A stretch of 63,564 nucleotides of DNA, the filler included, from Reclinomonas americana ATCC 50394 (lineage: Eukaryota): the NCBI GenBank assembly GCA_048213135.1. It is 16 parts of 13 records of this genome, joined end to end, with 100 filler letters (N's around TTAATTAATTAA, not from the genome) between each part and the next. Parts side by side here need not be neighbours in the genome. Positions count along the whole stretch, not along the records: positions 55,796 to 61,086 come from PS016102.1; positions 61,187 to 63,564 come from PS016103.1; 14 more parts are not named here. One strand, written 5' to 3'. Of the stretch, positions 57,401 to 63,564 are shown piece after piece. The notes beneath the pieces are model-generated. The model worked only from the letters and a program-made list of their open reading frames with translations, did not search any database and was not told the DNA's origin. Positions within the stretch are counted from its first letter, which is position 1. Each line of letters opens with the position of its first letter. The position numbers and the translations under genes are program-made.

Positions 57401-60400
57401 GAGGAGAGCTCTCAGCGGTCCGAGTGCGTTCAGCTGCGCGGTCAGGTCGCCCTGTTGGAGGCGTCCCTGCGATCAAACGAGCGCGCCAGCGCCACAGCAG
57501 CCGTTGTTGCCGCCGCCGCAGCAGCTGCCGCACAGGGTTCCTCGCTGGCGGCTCCCAAGCGCACTGAGTCGGGCGACACATCGCCCGAGATGGTGGACGC
57601 GTTGGACATGATGGAGCCATCGACACCTGGCGGACAGCCACTGTCACCGCGCGGCAACCGAACATCACCACTGGTGAGGCGCTGTTCATGTCCTGCTCTA
57701 GATGATTGGTGTGCGCTTCTCACTCGTGTTTTTATGTTCCTCGTGTGTTGCGCAGAAGACGCCTCCTGGCCGCAACCTTCGCGCACCGCTTCCTCGGCGC
57801 GTCATGGTCCAATTCCCCGACGAGGTTGGCCGGAGTGCAGGTGGTGGTGGTGGTGGTGGCTCGGACAGCGAATCCAGCGGTGCCGACAACAGCTCGGGAA
57901 GAACAGTCGCCGGTGGTGAGGATACAGAGAATGCAGCGTTGCGAAACGAGCTGGAGGACTTGCGGCGTGAGATCAGTCAGCTCAACACGCAAAACACCGA
58001 CCTCAAGAGTCGCCTCTTCCAAATGTCGACCTCGCCCTCCAAGGCGCTGCTGCTGGCCACCCCAGTGGCGAGTAGCATTGACGGGGCGGTGGCCGATGCG
58101 GCGGATGTCATGGCCGGATTGCCGACTCCGCCCTCGGCCACAGCGGCCGCTGACAGCGCAGCGAGTGAGAGTGTCGATGAGGTTTGTCGAATGGGAATGG
58201 GTGATGGGGAGGAGAGGCAGGAAGGGGAGGAAAGCAGGAAGGGGAGAAAGGCAGGAAGGGGAGGAGAGGCAGGAAGGGGAGAAAGGGCAGGAAGCGGAGG
58301 AAGGGGGAGGAAGATGAGCAAGTATGATCAGCGCAGGAAGGAGGAGCAAGGAAGAGGAGGGTAGGACAGAAGGACACAGAGAAAGACTTGGGCGGTTTAT
58401 AGCGACGATAAGCAGCTTCATCGAGTGACCGAAGGAAGAGTGCAAGGAAGCAGGATTTTGTTCGAGAGTCAAGGAAGAAGAGACAGGCAATCTCCTTCCT
58501 TTCCTTCATCTCCTTCCTCTCCTTCCTCTCCGTCCTCTCCTTCCTCTCCTTCCTCTCCCTGCCTCTCCTTCCTCTCCTTCCTCTCCCTGCCTCTCCTTCC
58601 TCTCTTCTCCTCTCCTTCCTCTCTTCTCCTCTCCTTCCTCTCCTTCCTCTCTTCTCCTCTCCTTCCTCTCTTCTCCTCTCCTTCCTCTCCTCTTCTCTCC
58701 TTTCTCTCCTTTCTCTCCTTTCTCTCCTTTCTCTCCTTTCTCTCCTTTCTCTCCTTCCTCTCCTTTCTCTCCTATCTCTCCTTTCTCTTGTTCCTCTCCT
58801 TTCTTTCCTTTCTTTCCTTCCTCTCCTTCCTCTCCTTCCCCTCCTTCCTCTCCCTCCTCTCCTTTCTCTCCTTTCTCTCCTTCCTCTCCCTCCTCTCCTT
58901 CCTCTTGTTCCTCTCCTTCCTCTTGTTCCTCTCCATCCTCTTCCTCCTCTCTGCTTCCTCCTTCCTCTCCTTCCTCTCCTTTCTCTTCCTCCTCTCTCTC
59001 CTCTCTATCCCTTCCCCTTCTCACCCTCCCTTCCCCTTCTCCACACCAGCCAACCCGCCTCCGCCGTGAACACAACCGCGCGGTGGCCTACTGCGAGGAA
59101 CTATTCGCTGGCGTGCGCGACCTGAAGCAGCAGTACATGATTGAGACGTCCAAGCTGCGTGTAGATCTGGAGGACCGCGAGCGCCTGTGCAAATCGCTGC
59201 GCCGCGAGTTGGCACACGCACGACAGGAGTTGCTACGCAGCGAGGAGGAGACGCAGCAACGCATCCTCGTCGTGAAGGCCGACATCAAGCTGGCGCTGCA
59301 AGAAAAGGACGAGCGATTAGCCCGCAAGGACGTGTACATTCGCACGCTGGAGCAGCAAATCAAGGCACTCCGTGCCGAGGTCGACGAGTCGCGACTCGCC
59401 GTCGACCTGCGAGCCGCGCACATGGATTCATTGCGCGCGACGCTGGCACACGTGGCTTGTTGCGTGATCTTCCCTGTTTATTGTTGCGTGTTGCATCGTC
59501 TTTGTCACCTCTCACTCCCTGTCGCACGCACACACACACAGCGCCCCGTGATCGGAGACCAGAGTCGCAATACGAGTCGCACTTGCCAGTTTACGTCGGT
59601 GGCATGCACCACCATCATCACCAGCAGACGGCGTCCTCGTCGTCCGTGTCCTCATCACCTGGAGCCCCCACTGCCACTGCTACTGCTGCTGCCGCCGCCG
59701 CTGCTGCTGCAGCGGGCTCACGAACAGTGGCCTGGGAGCATGCGAGTGGCGGCAGTGGAAGCAGCTCGCGCACCTCCACCTCGCCGCACATGTCGAGGAG
59801 ACACCCACCGCCGGCCGCAGTTGGCATGTCGCAGTCGTGGCGGTCGACAGTGTTGCACAGCGACAGCCTGCCGCCACCGTCACCGCGGAGCCCGTCCGCC
59901 TCGCTGGCCACGCGCCGGCATTCGCTGCAGGATCGTGACTCGTTGGATGGACGGCCACCGTCGAATGGTCGATCGCCCTCCAGCAACTCCATCACGCAGT
60001 ACTCGCCGCGACGGGAGCGGCAGGAGGACGGCACCGAGGTGGTCAAGTACATGCCGCGCCTGCTGTACCGCGTGAATTCGGAGCCGGGAAGCAGTGGTGG
60101 TGGCGATGATGGGAGGGCGGTGAGTGCGACAAGGGGGAAGGGAAAGGGCGGGAGGAGAAGAGAGAGCAAGATTGGAGGAGAGAAAAAGAGAGAGATAGGA
60201 GAGGTTGCGACGATGCAAGATGCAGCGTCGACAATGCAGGAGAAGGGGAAAGAGCGGAAGGAGGAAAGGGCGGGACGAAGGAAGAGAGAGCAAGATTCGG
60301 AGAGAGAGAGAGTGAGANNNNNNNNNNNNNNNNNNNNNNNNNNNNNNNNNNNNNNNNNNNNNNNNNNNNNNNNNNNNNNNNNNNNNNNNNNNNNNNNNNN

Positions 60401-63044
60401 NNNNNNNNNNNNNNNNNNNNNNNNNNNNNNNNNNNNNNNNNNNNNNNNNNNNNNNNNNNNNNNNNNNNNNNNNNNNNNNNNNNNNNNNNNNNNNNNNNNN
60501 NNNNNNNNNNNNNNNNNNNNNNNNNNNNNNNNNNNNNNNNNNNNNNNNNNNNNNNNNNNNNNNNNNNNNNNNNNNNNNNNNNNNNNNNNNNNNNNNNNNN
60601 NNNNNNNNNNNNNNNNNNNNNNNNNNNNNNNNNNNNNNNNNNNNNNNNNNNNNNNNNNNNNNNNNNNNNNNNNNNNNNNNNNNNNNNNNNNNNNNNNNNN
60701 NNNNNNNNNNNNNNNNNNNNNNNNNNNNNNNNNNNNNNNNNNNNNNNNNNNNNNNNNNNNNNNNNNNNNNNNNNNNNNNNNNNNNNNNNNNNNNNNTACT
60801 GCAGACACATGCTGCTGTACATCTTGTATCAACATGCTCACTCAGTCTTCCTCCCCTCTCTCACACACTCACTCTTTCTTGCCTCAACAACCGCGTATCT
60901 CTTGAATCGCCACCTGCACTGTCGACGTTGCATCTTGCATCGTCGCAACCTCTCCTATCTCTCTCTCGCTCTCTCCCCCAATCTTGCTCTCTCTTCCCTC
61001 GTCCCGCCCTTTCCCCCTCCCGCCCTTTCCCTTCTCCTGCACTGTCGACGTTGCATCTTGCATCGTCGCAACCTCTCCTATCTCTCNNNNNNNNNNNNNN
61101 NNNNNNNNNNNNNNNNNNNNNNNNNNNNNNTTAATTAATTAANNNNNNNNNNNNNNNNNNNNNNNNNNNNNNNNNNNNNNNNNNNNGTGGCGATGTGGCG
61201 TCGAACGAGAAGCTGGTGCCCAGGTGCAGTCGCGGCGTGTTGGGCGACGACGAGGAACGCGGAGGTGAGCGGGACGAGGCCGCCGGTCGCGAGTGCGGTG
61301 TCACGTACAACACAGTGCCGGCGGCGCTAGCGGCCGCCGCCGTGCTGGGCGAGTCGCTCGGAATGCTGTGCTGGCCACTCGTCACTCGCCGGTGCGATGA
61401 GCGCGCGGTGCCGCCGGGGCGCGCCGGGCTGCGGGTGGCCGACGAGGCGCGTGGACTGGATGACGGGCGACGCACCGAGGTGCGCGGACTGATGGGCGTG
61501 GGGCGCGGCGACACGGGCACGCGATGCGGACTGGCGCCACCGGAGGAGGTGCGCGCCGCCATGGACGACACGTGGCTCTCTTGCGTGGCTGCCGCCGAAC
61601 CGGGTCGCGGACTAAAGTCNNNNNNNNNNNNNNNNNNNNNNNNNNNNNNNNNNNNNNNNNNNNNNNNNNNNNNNNNNNNNNNNNNNNNNNNNNNNNNNNN
61701 NNNNNNNNNNNNNNNNNNNNNNNNNNNNNNNNNNNNNNNNNNNNNNNNNNNNNNNNNNNNNNNNNNNNNNNNNNNNNNNNNNNNNNNNNNNNNNNNNNNN
61801 NNNNNNNNNNNNNNNNNNNNNNNNNNNNNNNNNNNNNNNNNNNNNNNNNNNNNNNNNNNNNNNNNNNNNNNNNNNNNNNNNNNNNNNNNNNNNNNNNNNN
61901 NNNNNNNNNNNNNNNNNNNNNNNNNNNNNNNNNNNNNNNNNNNNNNNNNNNNNNNNNNNNNNNNNNNNNNNNNNNNNNNNNNNNNNNNNNNNNNNNNNNN
62001 NNNNNNNNNNNNNNNNNNNNNNNNNNNNNNNNNNNNNNNNNNNNNNNNNNNNNNNNNNNNNNNNNNNNNNNNNNNNNNNNNNNNNNNNNNNNNNNNNNNN
62101 NNNNNNNNNNNNNNNNNNNNNNNNNNNNNNNNNNNNNNNNNNNNNNNNNNNNNNNNNNNNNNNNNNNNNNNNNNNNNNNNNNNNNNNNNNNNNNNNNNNN
62201 NNNNNNNNNNNNNNNNNNNNNNNNNNNNNNNNNNNNNNNNNNNNNNNNNNNNNNNNNNNNNNNNNNNNNNNNNNNNNNNNNNNNNNNNNNNNNNNNNNNN
62301 NNNNNNNNNNNNNNNNNNNNNNNNNNNNNNNNNNNNNNNNNNNNNNNNNNNNNNNNNNNNNNNNNNNNNNNNNNNNNNNNNNNNNNNNNNNNNNNNNNNN
62401 TCTCGCCACCCCTGACGCAGTCGCCCGGTATGACTCCGGGCAGCATGCTCGAGGCAACACCGGCGTCGTCGATGGGTGCGGCCGCCAGTGCGCGCTCACC
62501 GCCCATTACCCCACGCACGACCGCGCGGCGGCAGGAGACCACCGCCTCGTCGTCATTCATGGTGGCATCGAGCGGCAACTCGGCTCCGCACTCTCCCAGT
62601 GACCTGGCTGCCGGCGACGGTCTGGCCTCCTCCCGCTCCTCGTTCTCCTCCGTTGGTGGTGGTGAGCACATGCGACCGGCAGCGGGCAGCAGCAGCAGCA
62701 GCGTTCGTGCTGGCAAGCGCGACACGGAGCACAGCAGTGCGCTGCTGTCGCGTGTGGTGGCTGCACGATCGCGCGACCCGTCACCACCCGTGTCGCTGCA
62801 GCAATCGTCGGCCGCTGGAACTGCTCCCGCGGCGCACCCCATGCGCGGATTCAACGGGACTTCTTCGTCGTCCACCGCCAATGCTGCTGCTGCTGGAGGC
62901 AACGTATCACGATCACGGTCTTCGTCGACCTCCGGCAGCTCGTCGTCCTCCATGTCACGGAGACCAGCAACGGCCGCTGGTGCAAGTGGCACTGGTGGTG
63001 GTGGCGGAGGCACCACTGCGCGACAAACAGGCAGAAGGCGGTAA
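54407..63044 (+). CDS. Large coiled-coil / Ser-Pro-rich protein; 5' end unresolved, gaps and a probably inverted contig inside
   Basis: In-frame GT-AG exon chain with heptad segments (LEGEVRESRSQFAESERKCEALAREL, LRNELEDLRREISQLNTQNTDLKSRL, LRVDLEDRERLCKSLRREL). TAA at 63044. The 61187-61619 piece is coding on the minus strand. Confidence 0.65.
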
Positions 63045-63235
63045 AATCGATATCGGGAGAATGAGTGTGTATTTGTGCGTCGTTTATGAATGTACGGGAA
63101 GCGATTTTTTGTTTGCGAAGAACGAAGGAGGAATGCACAGAGTAACAAGCTGGCACAAAAAAGCCAAACATGACAGGACACGCCGGATTGTGACAGATCT
63201 TTACACAAGAAAAAAGAAAGTGAGAGAGGAGGAGC

Positions 63236-63490
63236 ATGGGGTGCTCGACGTCGTCCTCCGTTGCACCACCTCACCCACAGACACTCGCGCGACGGTGAGC
63301 GCGAGAGACGCACAAAGACACGAGAATTGAGATTTTTTCTCACTTTCTCTTCATCTCTCACACAGGTTCTTCTCCATTCCCGATCGCTTCAAGTCACTGA
63401 GCGATCTGCAAGATTCGCTGCGCGAGGCCGGTCTGGAGAAGATTTCTTTGATATTTGCTGTTGATTTCACGGGCTCCAACACCACTGCAG
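63236..63490 (+). CDS. Copine/RGLG-like VWA protein, first two exons
   Basis: MGCSTS (myristoylation-type start), then FSIPDRFKSLSDLQDSLREAGLEKISLIFAVDFTGSN, matching the RGLG-type motif L..AGLE..NLI.GIDFT.SN. Confidence 0.85.
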
Positions 63491-63492
63491 GT

Positions 63493-63526
<34 letters not shown>

Positions 63527-63564
63527 GAGGGAGGGAGGGAGGAGGAGAAGGAGGAGAGAGAGAG

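Noticed and set aside
60160..62420. Inverted repeat around the gap and a separate minus-strand gene at 61187-61619
   Set aside because: The minus piece ends ...TCGCCAC, overlapping the start of the plus exon at 62403, and has the same Ser/Pro-rich style. Mis-oriented small contigs explain both.

Overview
Fragmentary draft assembly of an intron-rich eukaryote, probably a protist. Short contigs are joined by N-TTAATTAATTAA-N spacers and N gaps, and several genes run in order across the spacers. Splicing exons by hand gives about 15 protein genes: a secreted-protein fragment, a WD40 protein, a type II glycosyltransferase, an LRR protein, a TOE1-like CAF1 nuclease, a Ser/Thr kinase, a NACHT-like NTPase-ankyrin protein, GTPBP1/2, AMPK beta, TRIM37, a GT2 membrane glycosyltransferase, a Cys-rich protein, a DUF5765-like membrane protein, a large coiled-coil protein and a copine/RGLG-like protein. 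Most long ORFs in the supplied track are low-complexity intron noise. The main discovery is a second, common class of 5' splice site. About 24 of roughly 110 donors I could place (manual count) read GTT-NNG-Y, mostly GTTGCGT: the normal local donor (GTGCGT, GTGAGT, GTACGT) with one extra T, so the conserved +5 G sits at +6. Of these 24, 22 lack the exonic -1 G. Other signals are GC-AG introns, micro-exons, an LRGG|GCxxS motif on the NTPase, an oriented intergenic element between co-directional genes, and an intron-restricted GCTC motif family. All gene models are manual inferences without RNA data or database searches.
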